Source of the DNA: Eledone cirrhosa
Taxonomy: Eukaryota
Length of the DNA stretch: 64,000 nt
Direction of reading: 5' to 3'
Assembly: GCA_964016885.1 (NCBI GenBank)
Contig: OZ024761.1
Coordinates: forward strand, 9,238,001-9,302,000
The notes under the pieces are model-generated. The model searched no databases and was not told the origin of the DNA. It saw nothing but the letters and a program-made list of their open reading frames with translations. Made by a program: the position numbers and the translations under genes. Shown here piece by piece: positions 1-14,978 of this stretch (the first letter of the stretch is position 1; every line of letters begins with the position of its first letter).

Positions 1-142
1 AATACTTAGGGTAGTAGAGTGGGTAATAGGAACGAGTAGGACCCCGACGGCTGAGCTCAAGCCGTTTCAACTGCTAATTCTGGACTGAAATTATCCGTTG
101 AAACGGCTTGAGCTCAGCCGTCGGGGTCCTACTCGTTCCTAT
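1..142 (-). mobile_element. PLE pseudo-LTR terminal foldback, family A (cut by window edge)
   Basis: Inverted arms taggaacgagtaggaccccgacggctgagctcaagccgtttc / gaaacggcttgagctcagccgtcggggtcctactcgttccta. Same family recurs at 48947, 61826, 62871, 63627. Contains a hammerhead 3' half, GAAACGGC-ttgagctca-GCCGTC. Confidence 0.6.
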
Positions 143-207
143 ATATATATATAATATATATAGTGACGAAACATAAGTCAATTACATGAACTCATAATCC
201 TTTATTT

Positions 208-265
208 ACTGCTATATATATATTTCGATGATAGCCATTGAATGGCTATGACCTCATCAGGCAGT
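208..265 (-). ncRNA. Type I hammerhead ribozyme
   Basis: Minus strand reads actgc CTGATGA ggtcatagccattc-aatggctatcatc GAAA tatatata TA gcagt. Stem I actgc/gcagt, hairpin stem II, palindromic stem III. Confidence 0.75.
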
Positions 266-329
266 TAGTCAGTTCTTAGATATGCCAGCTCTGTGTTTAT
301 AGTGTTGATGGTATCAGAGCCTTGGAAGA

Positions 330-430
<101 letters not shown>

Positions 431-439
431 TATATATAT

Positions 440-586
440 ATAAGGAAAAAAAGATGAAATCGAAAATGCAACTGGAGTCTTTTAAAAATAAAAAAATATT
501 TATTTGGTTCCTTTACCGGTTTCGCAGTTCTTCTGCTTTTCAAAAGTAGAAATGAGATGGACGGTCTGTGTTTTTTCTCACATCAT
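440..586 (-). mobile_element. PLE-type terminal fragment, family G
   Basis: Reverse complement of 57313-57460. Carries GAAA-CCGG-TA, a hammerhead 3' half with palindromic stem III. Flanked by (TA)n. Confidence 0.5.
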
Positions 587-1257
<671 letters not shown>

Positions 1258-1805
1258 CAAGAAAGAAGAGTGTAACCAGTCAATTCATCAGAGCTAGCGA
1301 GAATGCAAGCTCTGATGAATTGACTGGTTATAACTATGTATTGGTGATCGATTGACGCAGAAACAGGCGGGTAGCGATCTCTAGACATACCAGTTCAGAG
1401 AAACAATTGTCAGCAATGTGACTAAAGCCCTTATTGTATAGCAAACCGTGTCACTCTTCTTTCTTGATTTATCATTACTCCAAGTGTAAACTACATAGAA
1501 ATCACCCCGTACTCGCAACATAACTATGGAAACGCTCTGTTGAGTCAAACTTAGCCAAGCGTTGATATCATCCACTACTCGGAGTACCCTAACTGGACTA
1601 CACCTAAGTGGACTACCTATCTGTTATCTCGTATATATATATTGCAATAATATACACATACTGAATTCATCCGCCAAAAATAAGGGTTGCCTCCCTTGTC
1701 GAGCCTCACGTGGGTATTTGTAACGGTCAATCCATGGCCTGGCACTTGAACTAAAAGCCGGTTGAGAAAGTGACTACCAGAAGCCTAACATTATTTGTCT
1801 AAGCG

Positions 1806-2020
1806 GATACTGCCAATTCACCACCAATGGGTGGTGAATTGGCAGTATCGGTAGAGGGTCAGACGCCATGCTTTCTAGCATAGTTATGTCCCTTTATGAT
1901 CTGAGTTCAAATCCCGCCGAGGTTAACTTTGCCTTTCATCCTTACGGGGTCGATAAAATAAAGTACCAGTAATGCACTGGGTAATTGCTGGCCTTGTGCC
2001 AAAAAGTAGAAACAATTATT
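1806..2020 (+). mobile_element. tRNA-derived SINE with Meta/MESC-like core, 18-bp TSD and 5' foldback
   Basis: Head tggcagtatcggtag...gagttcaaatccc (A/B boxes), core gcctttcatccttacggggtcgataaaataaagtaccag. TSD attatttgtctaagcgga at 1790-1807 and 2015-2032. Confidence 0.8.
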
Positions 2021-2308
2021 TGTCTAAGCGGACAGTACTTGATTTAGGAGTCGCAGAAACCCAAATGCTGGATTTTCACCAACCATCCAGGGGTCCGGGT
2101 AAATTTTTCAATCACATTTTTTTTATTTGTTCGTTTCTATGGCTGTGCGGATAATGGTTTAACCATCGTCTCAGTGTGTTTGGCCTTTTAACGTATGTTG
2201 TAGCTCTGGTTCGTTAGAATCTATTGAGCGCTTGCCACACATCTCGGAAGTTGTTTTTCGCTAATTTCCAAAGCCGAAATACGATTCTCGCTAATTTATA
2301 TTTGTATG

Positions 2309-2373
<65 letters not shown>

Positions 2374-2472
2374 AGGTAGTGTAACGTGAAGCTACTCTAG
2401 GTTCATCCAGGTGAGCACTCGATGTTTGGGTTCATGTCAGTGGCGAGGTATAGAGCTAGACAGAGTGTAAAA

Positions 2473-2785
2473 TAATTGTTTCTACTTTTGGCACAAGGCC
2501 AGCAATTACCCAGTACATTACTAGTACTTTATTTTATCGACCCCGTAAGGATGAAAGGCAAAGTCAACCTCGGCGGGATTTGAACTCAGATTGTAAAGGG
2601 ACGTAACTATGCTAGTATCGGTAGAGGGTCGGACATGCTTTCCAGCATAGTTACGTCCCTTTATGATCTGAGATCAAATCCCTCTAAGGTTAACTTTGCC
2701 TTTCATCCTTACGGGGTCGATAAAATAAAGTACCAGTAATGTACTGGGTATTTGCTGGCCTTGTGCCAAAAGTAGAATCAATTAA
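2473..2785. mobile_element. Head-to-head pair of the same SINE (- then +)
   Basis: 2473-2610 is the reverse complement of the SINE body; 2615-2785 is a forward copy. Confidence 0.75.
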
Positions 2786-2904
2786 TAAGTAACGAAGTGA
2801 GTTGAATACAACGCGAACACGAACACGCTTGGAACGCCTGGGAAGAAGACGAGATCAGACGAGATGAGAATTTTGTAAACTTATTTAAAATTGAACGAAT
2901 TATT

Positions 2905-2986
<82 letters not shown>

Positions 2987-2997
2987 ATAACGTAGAT

Positions 2998-3195
2998 GGC
3001 GGTGGATTGGCAGTATCGGTAGAGGGTCGGACGCCATGCTTTGACGCATAGAGTTACGACCCTTGCCATTCTGAGTCACAAATTCCGCCGAGGTTAACTT
3101 TGCCTTTCATCCTTACGGGGTCGATAAAATAAAGTACCAGTAATGTACTGGCTATTTGCCGGCCTTGTGCCAAAAGTAGAAACAATTATTATTTG
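2998..3195 (+). mobile_element. Full-length tRNA-derived SINE
   Basis: Same head, core and tail as the 1806 copy, ending gtagaaacaattattatt. Confidence 0.8.
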
Positions 3196-3229
3196 TCTTC
3201 ATGTTAGCCCTTGTGGCCAATAAAGAAAC

Positions 3230-3265
<36 letters not shown>

Positions 3266-3629
3266 CATATATTTTTTTTCGAGGGGAGGGTCATTTTATC
3301 GTCTGTTTGTTTAAGTTTGATTTTCTTCCAATAAATTTCATTCAACAAATTTATTTATCAGCAGCAAAGAAAGAAAGAACAAAGAATGTAGAATGAGCGA
3401 ATGGAGTTAGAAGAAAGAAGAGAGAAAGAAAGAAGACAGAGGAAAATATTTGTTAGGGAAATATCAAAGTTCTATCAATGGCAGTTTCCCTTTCTACTTC
3501 AGGTTTAATCATTTTAGAATATTCTAGAATTAACCGTCGACTTTATCCATGGAGATATAAAGAAATTAAGGAAAAAAAAAATGAAAAAAAAGGGATATGT
3601 AAAGAGAGAAAAAAAAAGAGGAAATATAC

Positions 3630-3721
3630 ACAGTAGATTTCCCAGCATGCATCATGCATCATTTCTTCAGTTAAATCCTGATTTTTGCTTCGAAAGAAAA
3701 CGTTAATTCCTCCCGGCATAT
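3630..3721 (-). CDS. Candidate host exon, (D)MPGGINVFFRSKNQDLTEEMMHDACWEIYC
   Basis: Polypyrimidine acceptor ttttcttcag, open frame, weak donor gtatat. No homology recognised. Confidence 0.25.
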
Positions 3722-3814
3722 CTGAAGAAAATATTGAATTAGGAAGAATCAGGGAAAAAAACATTAACTGGGAAAAGAAAAAAGGGAAAGATAGATAGAT
3801 AGATATATAGATAG

Positions 3815-3848
<34 letters not shown>

Positions 3849-3852
3849 TGTG

Positions 3853-3924
<72 letters not shown>

Positions 3925-4039
3925 TAAGGAGACAAGGAAATAGAAAACTAATTCACCCCAAAAACTTTAGTTTCTACCTCAGCAATTATTTATATTTCTG
4001 TAGTGAAAAAGATAATTTCTGATAATGATAAACATAAAC

Positions 4040-4083
<44 letters not shown>

Positions 4084-4087
4084 TTAT

Positions 4088-4153
<66 letters not shown>

Positions 4154-4183
4154 ATATATATTAATATATGTATATATATACAC

Positions 4184-4214
<31 letters not shown>

Positions 4215-4293
4215 AACATATATATATATATATGTATATATATACACATACATATACATATATATAGATGTATATATTTATATATATGCAATG

Positions 4294-4326
<33 letters not shown>

Positions 4327-4612
4327 GTGTATATGTGTGTGTATATATATATATACATATATATACATATATATATGTATGTATACGTATACATATTTAT
4401 ATATATATATGTGTATATGTGTGTGTATATATAGATACATATATATATGTATATGTATATATATATATATGTATATATATATACATATACATATATATAT
4501 GTATCTATATATACACACACATATACACATATATATATATAAATATGTATACGTATACATACATATATATATGTATATATATGTATATATATATATACAC
4601 ACACATATACAC

Positions 4613-4647
<35 letters not shown>

Positions 4648-4922
4648 CATTGCATATATATATATATATATATATATCGTATATATCAGAGTTCTCCTTG
4701 AAGAAGTTGCCAATCGTCATTCATTTTTAGCTTAACTGGAATTGACATAACAGTTCTGAAAATAATTATCTGTATCTGTTTACTAGGAAAATCTATAAAT
4801 AAAGTCGGCAAATAAAACAATTTCTTTCCTTTGCACTTGGTCTAACTTTCAAGTTTTTACTCCCCATCTCTACAAAAATAAAATAAAAACCTTTTGTAGT
4901 AACACTCTGGTGTGTTCGACTA

Positions 4923-5309
4923 CCAGCCCAGACTCTCCTTCCCGCTCGCCAGGTCGAAGAGGGCAAACCAGCCCAGACTCTCCTGCCTGCCCGCCAGGTC
5001 GAAGAGGGCAAGCCAGCCCAGACTCTCCTGCCTGCCCGCCAGGTCGAAGAGGGCAAAACAGCCCAGACTCTCCTGCCTGCCCGCCAGGTCGAAGAGGGCA
5101 AACCAGCCCAGACTCTCCTGCCCGCCAGATCGAAGAGGGCAAACTAGCCCAGACTCTCCTGCCTGCCCGCCAGGTCGAAGAGGGCAAACCAGCCCAGACT
5201 CTCCTGCCCGCCAGGTCGAAGAGGGCAAACCAGCCCAGACTCTCCTGCCCGCCAGGTCGAAGAGGGCAAACCAGCCCAGACTCTCCTGCCTGCCCGCCAG
5301 GTCGAAGAG
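4923..5309. repeat. GC-rich 40/44-bp minisatellite, about 9 copies
   Basis: Unit ccagcccagactctcctgc(ctgc)ccgccaggtcgaagagggcaaa. Confidence 0.95.
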
Positions 5310-5767
5310 GATAAACTGTCCGCTGCTCTTTGATAGGTTTGTTGTAGACCCCTGTAGACCCAGTGGAGACTTCAGGCATTCTAGGCTCCACTCTCCCCAC
5401 CCAGTCCTCGGAGACCACATTCCTGCTCACTGGTCAAAGTGGAGCTAGCCACCCTCAAGCTACTAGGCTCCACTCTCCCCCACCCAGCCCTCGGCGACCA
5501 CATTCTTGCTCACTCGTCAAAGTAGAGCTGGCCACCCGCAAGCTACGTGCGAGCTCCGTGAGATGGCGTGGTTGTTCCAGCGTGTCTCCTTCGCCGTTCT
5601 CCGGGGCAATGCATTTATCCTCCTGCCGGCTGGAGACAAGAGGCGGAGGAGGGTAAGTTAGTTGGAGGTGAAGGATACTCGCTCGGATGTCTCATATATA
5701 CCCACATACTCGACATATTCAGTATAATATAATATGTAAGGCGGCGAATTGGTAGAAACGATCACCC

Positions 5768-6049
5768 GTCATCCGGCGGCCTCATCCGAAATCGAGAATC
5801 TCCACGTGGGTCTGTCGTTCATTGCCGCTGCTAATCCTGGATGTCAATACCAGAATCTCTGGAGATGACATCGGAATAGGAGGGCTTGCACCCCCTGTTA
5901 TTAGTAACTGCTTGTGGTTTCCAAAGCACTAATGGGGACACAGCCTCATAGGTGGCACGATGGCAGTGGCCAGCAAATCAGAATAGGAGGGCTTGCACCC
6001 CCTGTTATTAGTATCTTCTTGTGGTTTCCAAAGCACTAATGGGGGACAC
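5768..6049 (-). mobile_element. RTE-derived fragment inserted into a SINE
   Basis: Minus strand reads ISRDSGIDIQD..AAMNDRPTWR (frameshifted), an RTE C-terminal motif. Internal ~65-bp direct repeat. SINE head at 5741-5765 and SINE body at 6055-6180 flank it. Confidence 0.5.
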
Positions 6050-6500
6050 ATTCAGATAAAATGCTTTGCCCCATTCGTTTCGGCTCTCTTCTCTCTATGT
6101 TCAAATCCTGCCGAGGTCAAATTTGCCTTTCATCCATTTCAAAAGAACCAGTCTAGTACTGGGTCCATTTCCCCCATCTTTGGAAGACTTACTAATATCA
6201 AAATAAATAATAAAAAAAAAACAAACAAAAAACACACAGTTGCCAGTTAGAAGATAGGATAATATTTCACTCAGTTGCTATTAGTCATTCAACCAGAAGT
6301 TAGTGTAGAAGACAATAAGCTGAAGAAGATACCACGTGTTTACGAAGCGAACGTCTTACACAAATCAACACACAACAACAGCTAACTAAACCTGTACCTG
6401 TAGCATAGGGGAGACGAGAATAAACAGGAAACCAGTAGACGCCATTTTCATATGATGAAAGTAATCTGTGTTCAGTATGCAGTCTTGTCTCTGATGGTAG

Positions 6501-6548
<48 letters not shown>

Positions 6549-6951
6549 TTTTTTTTTATTATTATTTTTTTTTCATGTACAACTAATGTTGAATCTCTTT
6601 GGTTATTGATTTTAATCGAACTGTTTTATTATACACTCATGGTAGTCATTGTATATGTGTTCTTTTTTCTTCATTTTCTTTTCGTTTCGTCGCCCACCAC
6701 AGCAATCTCTTAAGTCTCCAGTGTAATGAATTACTTCAATACTTTTGACAACATAGTCTCTTTCATCACAACAACAGAATGTCTAATGAAGTCATATGAG
6801 AGAAATACACGAGAGAAACACGCAAAACTGTTCAGTTTCCAATAATCGGACTTAAGAGACGAACAGCGCAATCTTTTTTTTCCTAACTATTTGCCTTCCA
6901 CATTCTTATATATATACACACACACACACACATACACATACACACACACAT

Positions 6952-7011
<60 letters not shown>

Positions 7012-7017
<6 letters not shown>

Positions 7018-7274
7018 ATAATAGTAAATTTGAAGACTAAAATCCAAAGAGGGCTCGATAAGGATAAATATATATCAAATATATAAGAACCGTAGAGCAA
7101 ATATGTTTTGTGAAGGGAGCGTCTCCACGAACCAAACTATCGTCTTCCTGTCTTCCTTCGGTTGCAACGTTTTTCGAAATATTTACTTCTGCGTTCACAG
7201 ATTGATTTTTTTAGTTTCAGAAGATGCCGTTAAGGGTGAAACCAGCGATTTTTTGCTTAAACTTGAATCTGTTA

Positions 7275-7281
<7 letters not shown>
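7012..7281. mobile_element. PLE pseudo-LTR inverted remnant, family F
   Basis: Shares sequence with 8497-8622 and 36461-36636. Degenerate hammerhead cagaaga-tgccgttaagggt-gaaa; tail motif tatcgagccc. Confidence 0.5.
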
Positions 7282-7313
<32 letters not shown>

Positions 7314-7516
7314 CGTTTCTGAATTTGTTTGGCAAGATTCTTTATCTGAAAACGTGTGTTGAAACCGATATTGTTATGCTTTGGGAGGGTCATGTTGCCA
7401 ATAAGAAACACACGCACCAGTTGCTTTCACTCCAATTTATTATAAATTAAATTTATAAATTTAAGAATTTATAAATTTCCGGTTGGTTTGTTTGGTTCCA
7501 CAACCGGACGGTTGTT

Positions 7517-7720
7517 CATATATTGTCAAAGTTCTTTCGTCACACATTCTGTGACCTCTTCAGTGACTGGGGATTCTTTTCTTTGTTTTTGTGCCTCTCC
7601 TTTGTTCTGTCCATCTTGTGGCGTAGGACAGAACAAAGGAGAGGCACAAAAACAAAGAAAAGAATCCACAGTCACTGAAGAGGTCACAGAATGTGTGACG
7701 AAAGAACTTTGACAATATAT
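7517..7720. mobile_element. ~95-bp-arm foldback with a hammerhead on each strand
   Basis: Plus 7671-7713 reads gtca CTGAAGA ggtcac-agaatgt-gtgac GAAA gaac tt tgac. Mirror copy at 7525-7567 (-). Degenerate relative near 9215-9255. Confidence 0.6.
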
Positions 7721-7831
7721 GTAGATCCCGGGTTAAACCGGGGATAGCTACAATGAGGTACTCAATACATAGCAGAGTAAAAGTAATTTAATATAGAAAT
7801 GGCTTCTTTACTAACCTACCATTTGCACAGA

Positions 7832-7978
<147 letters not shown>

Positions 7979-7988
7979 ATATTATATA

Positions 7989-8268
<280 letters not shown>

Positions 8269-8347
8269 AAAGACGCAGTGCTAGTCAAATAATGCATGTA
8301 TAGATATACACACACGAACCCATATACACATATACAAATGTATATAA

Positions 8348-8385
<38 letters not shown>

Positions 8386-8405
8386 AAAACTACAGTGCTA
8401 GTCAT

Positions 8406-8499
<94 letters not shown>

Positions 8500-8669
8500 T
8501 AAAATAACAGATTAAAGTTTAAGCAAAGAATCGCTGCTCTACGGTCCTTATATATTTGATATATATTTATCCTTATCGAGCTCTCTTTGGATTTTAGTCT
8601 TCAAATTTATTATTATTACTAAATATCTATATATATATATATATCTCTATATATATAAATATTTCTCTT

Positions 8670-8755
<86 letters not shown>

Positions 8756-8809
8756 GTCAAAGCTGCAGTGTTAGTCATACAATGCATACATATATACACA
8801 CGAACCCAT

Positions 8810-8890
<81 letters not shown>

Positions 8891-8969
8891 AAGAGAGAAT
8901 GAGATTTGTGTATATCTATCTTTCACTACCTATATATATATATAAACAAGACTATAGTGCTAGTCATAC

Positions 8970-9050
<81 letters not shown>

Positions 9051-9294
9051 ACACACATATATATAGATATATGTTTATGCATTTGTTTTGAAGATACTTG
9101 ATGTGAAATGGTGTGTGAAAACAGATGTGGTTATATGTGGGGATGGTTACGTTGCCAGATGGAATAAAAAGAATAAGATCAGAAAGAAGATACGACACAG
9201 AGTAGAACAAATAATCATTGAGGAGGTCAGAGAATGTGTGACGAAAGAGCTTAGACGAAATAACCAATAATTAATAATAGTAAAGCCGAAGTGA

Positions 9295-9381
<87 letters not shown>

Positions 9382-9551
9382 GACATATATATATATATAT
9401 ATATAGACATATATATATATATATATATAGACATATATATATATATATATATAGACATATATATATATATATATATATAGACATATATATATATATATAT
9501 ATAGACATATATATATATATATATATAGACATATATATATATATATATATA

Positions 9552-9654
<103 letters not shown>

Positions 9655-9789
9655 CTATATATATCTATATATATATATAGAGAGAGAAAGAGATTTATAT
9701 ATACCGTACCGGAGTACAGATTTGGTAAATGATGGGTTGAATGAGTTGGGTGAATAACCCAACGAAACTTAAGTATCTGTACGTCACTG

Positions 9790-9831
<42 letters not shown>

Positions 9832-9850
9832 ATATATGTATATATATATA

Positions 9851-9928
<78 letters not shown>

Positions 9929-9937
9929 TAGATATAG

Positions 9938-9970
<33 letters not shown>

Positions 9971-10232
9971 CATTATATACATTACGCAAGCAGCGATACA
10001 TAGGTATTCGGTCTGTTACAGAAACATATGTCAATACCTAATAAATTCCTTTTTTAACAAAAGCACTTTCATTTTATATTCATCCTTTCTACATTTCTCC
10101 GGAATATAATTTATACACGTTGAGCAAACCTGCACGTACGCTGTTCATCTCTAACGTAACGATATATTATCACTACATTATTGATAACCTGAAATTTTAT
10201 ATATATATATATATAGATAGATATAGATATAC

Positions 10233-10299
<67 letters not shown>

Positions 10300-10310
10300 T
10301 AGATATAGAT

Positions 10311-10373
<63 letters not shown>

Positions 10374-10382
10374 TAGATATAG

Positions 10383-10414
<32 letters not shown>

Positions 10415-10542
10415 ACATATATATATATGTATACACACACATATATATATATATATATACATATATATATACATATATATATACCTATATATATATATAT
10501 ACATATATACATACATATATATATACCTATATATATATATAT

Positions 10543-10596
<54 letters not shown>

Positions 10597-10598
10597 AC

Positions 10599-10669
<71 letters not shown>

Positions 10670-10702
10670 AACACATATACATATATATATATATATATAC
10701 AT

Positions 10703-13319
10703 ATAACTTTGAATAACTTTGAAATGTTTTGGCCAGTATTGGCCCAGGCCATGTCTAACTTAATAGCACCACCTGGCGAAGTCTTTCAATTCAGGATTTG
10801 GGCACCATGGCCCATTCGAGAAGAGAATTACTGTTTGCGGAGACATATCCGGGTGTGGGTGGTTTGTCCGGGATTACTTGGAGGAATTTGTCCAAAGACT
10901 TCTTGAATCTTGTGTGGTCAGTTTCTGTTTTGACGTGTCCTGGTGTGATGTTGAAGAGAGCAGGGCCGATTGAGGTGAAATAATTGTGCCGTATTGTTGT
11001 TATGAGTTGCGATTTAGATTTTTGAATGGGACGGATAGCACGGGGCCCAAGCCTTGGGTGTATCTTGAAGGCGATGCCAACATCATTTGGGCAGTGATGA
11101 TGGAACATTTTCCACATCATGCAGATAATATAACGCTCACGGCGACGTTGGAGTGAGTAAAGTTTCAGGTTTTCCAATCGACCCCAGTAGTCAAGGTCTG
11201 ACATGCCATCTATCTTTTTCGTGATTGCCCTTTGAGGAGCTTCAAGTTTCATGATACTTTGTTTCGTGTGGGGAGACCACAGTGGACAACAGTATTCAAG
11301 GTGTGGTCGGGCGAAAGTAGAGAAGAGAAGGATAATGGTGCGGGAATCTCTCGACTGGAAGGTTCTGAGGATCCAGGAACACATTCTGCGGGCCATGTCA
11401 ACTTTGCTGCTTATATGCGTGGTCCAGCTTATGTTGCTGTCCACGGTTACTCCCAAGTCTCTGATGTTGTTAGATGCCACGAGAGTTTCCCCGGAGGGAA
11501 GGGAGTACGGGAGTTTCAGAGCATCCTCTTTTCCAAAGTGGATCAGTTCGAATTTGTCTTCGTTCAGTAACATGTTGTTCTTTTCTGCCCATTGGGTAAC
11601 AGCCAGTAGGTCTGACTGAAGGCTTATCCGGTCATCCACGCCATTGATGACCTTTTGGAGCTTGGAATCATCAGCGAAAATTTTAATGTTGCTGTGTTTG
11701 ATGATGTCAGTGATGTCATTAATATAGATGATGAAGAGAAGTGGGCCCAACACAGTGCCTTGTGGGACTCCACTACTGACTTTGGCTGGGCTTGATTTGA
11801 CTCCCTCAACTACAACATGTTGGGTTCTGTTTGACAGGAAGCTCTTGATCCACTGCAGCAGCTTTCCAGTGACACCAATATTGGACAGCTTTCTCAGTAG
11901 AATGTTATGATCAACCCTGTCAAAGGCCTTGCTGAAATCAAGGTAGATAACATCAGTGTTGGAACCCTCTCCCAAGGCTCTCAAAATGTCATCAAAGTGA
12001 TGCAGTAGTTGCGTCAGGCAATCCCTTCCATTACGGAATCCATGCTGGTTGGAGTTCAGCATATTGTTACTCTCAAGGAAGTGGGTCATTCGCGATCTCA
12101 CCACTCGCTCAAATACCTTAATGATATGAGAGGTGAGTGAGATTGGACGGTAATTCACGGCAAGGGATTTGTTTCCCTTTTTGAAAACTGGGACAACAGA
12201 CTGGGATAGAAGGTTTTCTGGCACATATCCAGCATCCAGTGAGTTCCGCCACAGATTGGCAAGAGGAGAAGCAAGTTGGTGTTGACACGCCTTCAAGACA
12301 CAAGCAGGGAACCTATCGGGACCTACTGCTGAATTATGTTTGATTTCCTTTATTGCCGCCAAGACATCAGGGGCGCCAAACGTTATGTCCGATAAGGTGT
12401 AATGGGGAGTAACATCGCCGATACAGCCCAGATCGGCCATATCAGGATTGCTGAAAACAGAGCAGTATTGTTTCTGCAGTATCTCACCCATGGTTTTAGC
12501 ATTGTCTTGAAGAGTGCCATTTTCATCAATTAGAGGGCCAACAGTAGAGCCAGTGATTTTGTGTTTTTTTGCAAATGAAAAGAACACTTTGGGATTGAGT
12601 TTGATCTTCTCAATGGCCCAGGCCTCTTCAGCTCTTCTCTGATTGTTGATGAGGGACATTATGTTGTTTTGGAGGTTATGTTTTTTAATCTCTAGTGATG
12701 AAATGGCAGTCAAGTTGATGTGTTGCTGCTGACAGTATTTCAGCTTGTTGATTTTTTTGTTCGTTCTCTTAATTTTTCTGATGAGTGTTTTTCTATTTCT
12801 AGGGATTCTGCTCTTAGATTTGTTTATAGTTCTTAATGGGGTGTGTTTAGCACATATGTTTGTAACAGTGTCCACAAAAGTCTGCCAGGACTTTTTGATG
12901 TTAGTGGGTGTATGAGTGTGCGTGAAGGACCAGTCGACATGTGCAAGATCATGACTGATCGCTTCCCAGTTTGCATTGTGGAAATCCATAGCGTCAAACG
13001 GATGGACAGGAGAAATGACATTGGGTTTGTATATTGGACGGTGGAATCTCAGATCACAGAGAACCATGTCATGATCAGAGAGTAGAGTTTTCTCCACTGC
13101 AATATTGTGGATATTGTCAGTGTGATTGCTGAAAATTAAGTCTAGGACGTTTTTGTGGCACCTCGTTGGTTCGAGCACTAGTTGGGATAGGAAGAAATCA
13201 TCCATGAAGTCAAGAAGCGATTCCACAGCTTCCCTGTCAGAGGTTGAGGCAGAAGAACCTGGTGGCAGGGTGTTTGTGGACCAGTCAACTCCGGGGAGGT
13301 TGAAGTCCCCCATCATTAT
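10703..13319 (-). mobile_element. CR1-group LINE, 5'-truncated, inserted in (TA)n
   Basis: ORF2 below, ~90-bp 3' UTR, 3' tail of tandem ttcaaagtta units, microsatellite on both sides. Confidence 0.85.
10791..13316 (-). CDS. LINE ORF2: C-terminal part of APE endonuclease plus reverse transcriptase (841 aa uninterrupted)
   Basis: GDFNLP, LDL, SDH (APE). [59 protein letters not shown] (CR1-type RT). The first 149 aa of the listed ORF are microsatellite. Confidence 0.92.
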   Translation of the reverse strand: MMGDFNLPGVDWSTNTLPPGSSASTSDREAVESLLDFMDDFFLSQLVLEPTRCHKNVLDLIFSNHTDNIHNIAVEKTLLSDHDMVLCDLRFHRPIYKPNVISPVHPFDAMDFHNANWEAISHDLAHVDWSFTHTHTPTNIKKSWQTFVDTVTNICAKHTPLRTINKSKSRIPRNRKTLIRKIKRTNKKINKLKYCQQQHINLTAISSLEIKKHNLQNNIMSLINNQRRAEEAWAIEKIKLNPKVFFSFAKKHKITGSTVGPLIDENGTLQDNAKTMGEILQKQYCSVFSNPDMADLGCIGDVTPHYTLSDITFGAPDVLAAIKEIKHNSAVGPDRFPACVLKACQHQLASPLANLWRNSLDAGYVPENLLSQSVVPVFKKGNKSLAVNYRPISLTSHIIKVFERVVRSRMTHFLESNNMLNSNQHGFRNGRDCLTQLLHHFDDILRALGEGSNTDVIYLDFSKAFDRVDHNILLRKLSNIGVTGKLLQWIKSFLSNRTQHVVVEGVKSSPAKVSSGVPQGTVLGPLLFIIYINDITDIIKHSNIKIFADDSKLQKVINGVDDRISLQSDLLAVTQWAEKNNMLLNEDKFELIHFGKEDALKLPYSLPSGETLVASNNIRDLGVTVDSNISWTTHISSKVDMARRMCSWILRTFQSRDSRTIILLFSTFARPHLEYCCPLWSPHTKQSIMKLEAPQRAITKKIDGMSDLDYWGRLENLKLYSLQRRRERYIICMMWKMFHHHCPNDVGIAFKIHPRLGPRAIRPIQKSKSQLITTIRHNYFTSIGPALFNITPGHVKTETDHTRFKKSLDKFLQVIPDKPPTPGYVSANSNSLLEWAMVPKS

Positions 13320-13352
13320 ATATATATATACACATATATATACATACATATA

Positions 13353-13440
<88 letters not shown>

Positions 13441-13499
13441 CACATATATATACATATATATATGTACATACATATATATACATATATATATGTACATAC

Positions 13500-13534
<35 letters not shown>

Positions 13535-13633
13535 CATATATATACATATATATATATACATACATACATACATATAAACACATACATACATATCTATATA
13601 TATACACACATATATGTATATATATATATATAT

Positions 13634-13696
<63 letters not shown>

Positions 13697-13776
13697 AACA
13701 CATATACATATATATATATATATATATATACATATATATATGTATATATATATATATACACATATATATACATATA

Positions 13777-14377
13777 TGGTGGCTGCCAACTCGTTTTCGA
13801 GTACGGCCACTACTTTATATCCATGTAGGAGAACCCCTACCGATGCGCTGAACGAGTGTGACTTCTTAGTCCAGCCAGCGACTTGAAAACTCTGGTACAA
13901 ACACTACACTTGTGACAATTATTGACACATAGTGCTGGTACCATGTGAGGACAAGTGCAGAGAGATCTCCAGATATAAAGCAATGCCTGTGCCGTGAAGC
14001 TTTTATAGTGAGCAAAGGCACTGCACAAAGCCAGTCCCACTCTCTTAACCAAGATGATATTTACCAAAAAGAAGAACAAGTCAACATCATTGGATACCAT
14101 CAGGGTTGCAGGTGTTATATCAGAGTTTTCCTTCTCCTAGAATTCTGCCTTGACAAAGGCTAAGGGGTCATCTCTCCCTGTGATTTTGGATGGCCATTGA
14201 CTCTTAAGAGCTCCTTTGCCCTTTGACAGGTTTTGTTTTTAGTCCTGCAGGATGTCCAAAGTAACCCTCCTCACCAAGAAACCTTGGTGGGGTTGCCAGT
14301 TTAGTCGCCAACGTCCCGACCATGAGACAGGTTGTACTGGGATACATGTTACCAGTAGCACCAACTGGTGACCTGAC
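13777..14377 (-). mobile_element. Non-autonomous bipartite RTE-derived element (~600 bp)
   Basis: RTE-like 5' region aggagaaggaaaactctga. 3' part encodes C2H2 knuckle [22 protein letters not shown]. Four copies in window. Confidence 0.7.
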
Positions 14378-14497
14378 ACATATATATATATACATACATA
14401 TATATATACATACATATATATATATACACATATATATACATATATATATATACATATATATATGTACATACATATATATATACATATATATATACAC

Positions 14498-14530
<33 letters not shown>

Positions 14531-14576
14531 CATACATATAAACACATACATACATATCTATATATATACACACATA

Positions 14577-14640
<64 letters not shown>

Positions 14641-14978
14641 AGGATAAGAGAGAAAACACAGGTAAGCATTAAAAAAAGGATTTTATCCAGGTATTTACGA
14701 CCGTTTCATTGGTAAGTGCAACCTTATATTGCTATACTGCAAATAGTAGCCACTCAATAATAATTGTTGTACACGTACACATTTTCAAAATAGTGAATAA
14801 GTTATTCTTAACAAGTTCTCAATATATAGAAAAACATTTTTTGGAATTGTATTTGCTAGTATAGAGAGAGAGGAAGAGGAGTTACCCCTAATCGTACGTT
14901 GAAACCGTCCATGAAACTGGCTGTCCTAACCACGAACTGGATTACAATAAGCAATTTTCTGCTTCCCTAACTACACAT

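Noticed and set aside
4923-5309. CRISPR-like appearance of regular repeats (also 38191-38965 and 39150-41000)
   Set aside because: No unique spacers, no cas genes, eukaryotic context; these are minisatellites.
5874-6049. ggtgcaagccc (minus) resembling a twister ribozyme loop
   Set aside because: Spacing differs from GU-NNN-AAG, and no P1/P2 or pseudoknot partners could be built.
10002-10040. GAAA-catatg-TC-aatacc hammerhead 3' half
   Set aside because: No CUGANGA between stem I and GAAA; incomplete.
13317-13763. N-terminal 149 aa of the 990-aa ORF
   Set aside because: In-frame microsatellite upstream of the LINE truncation point.
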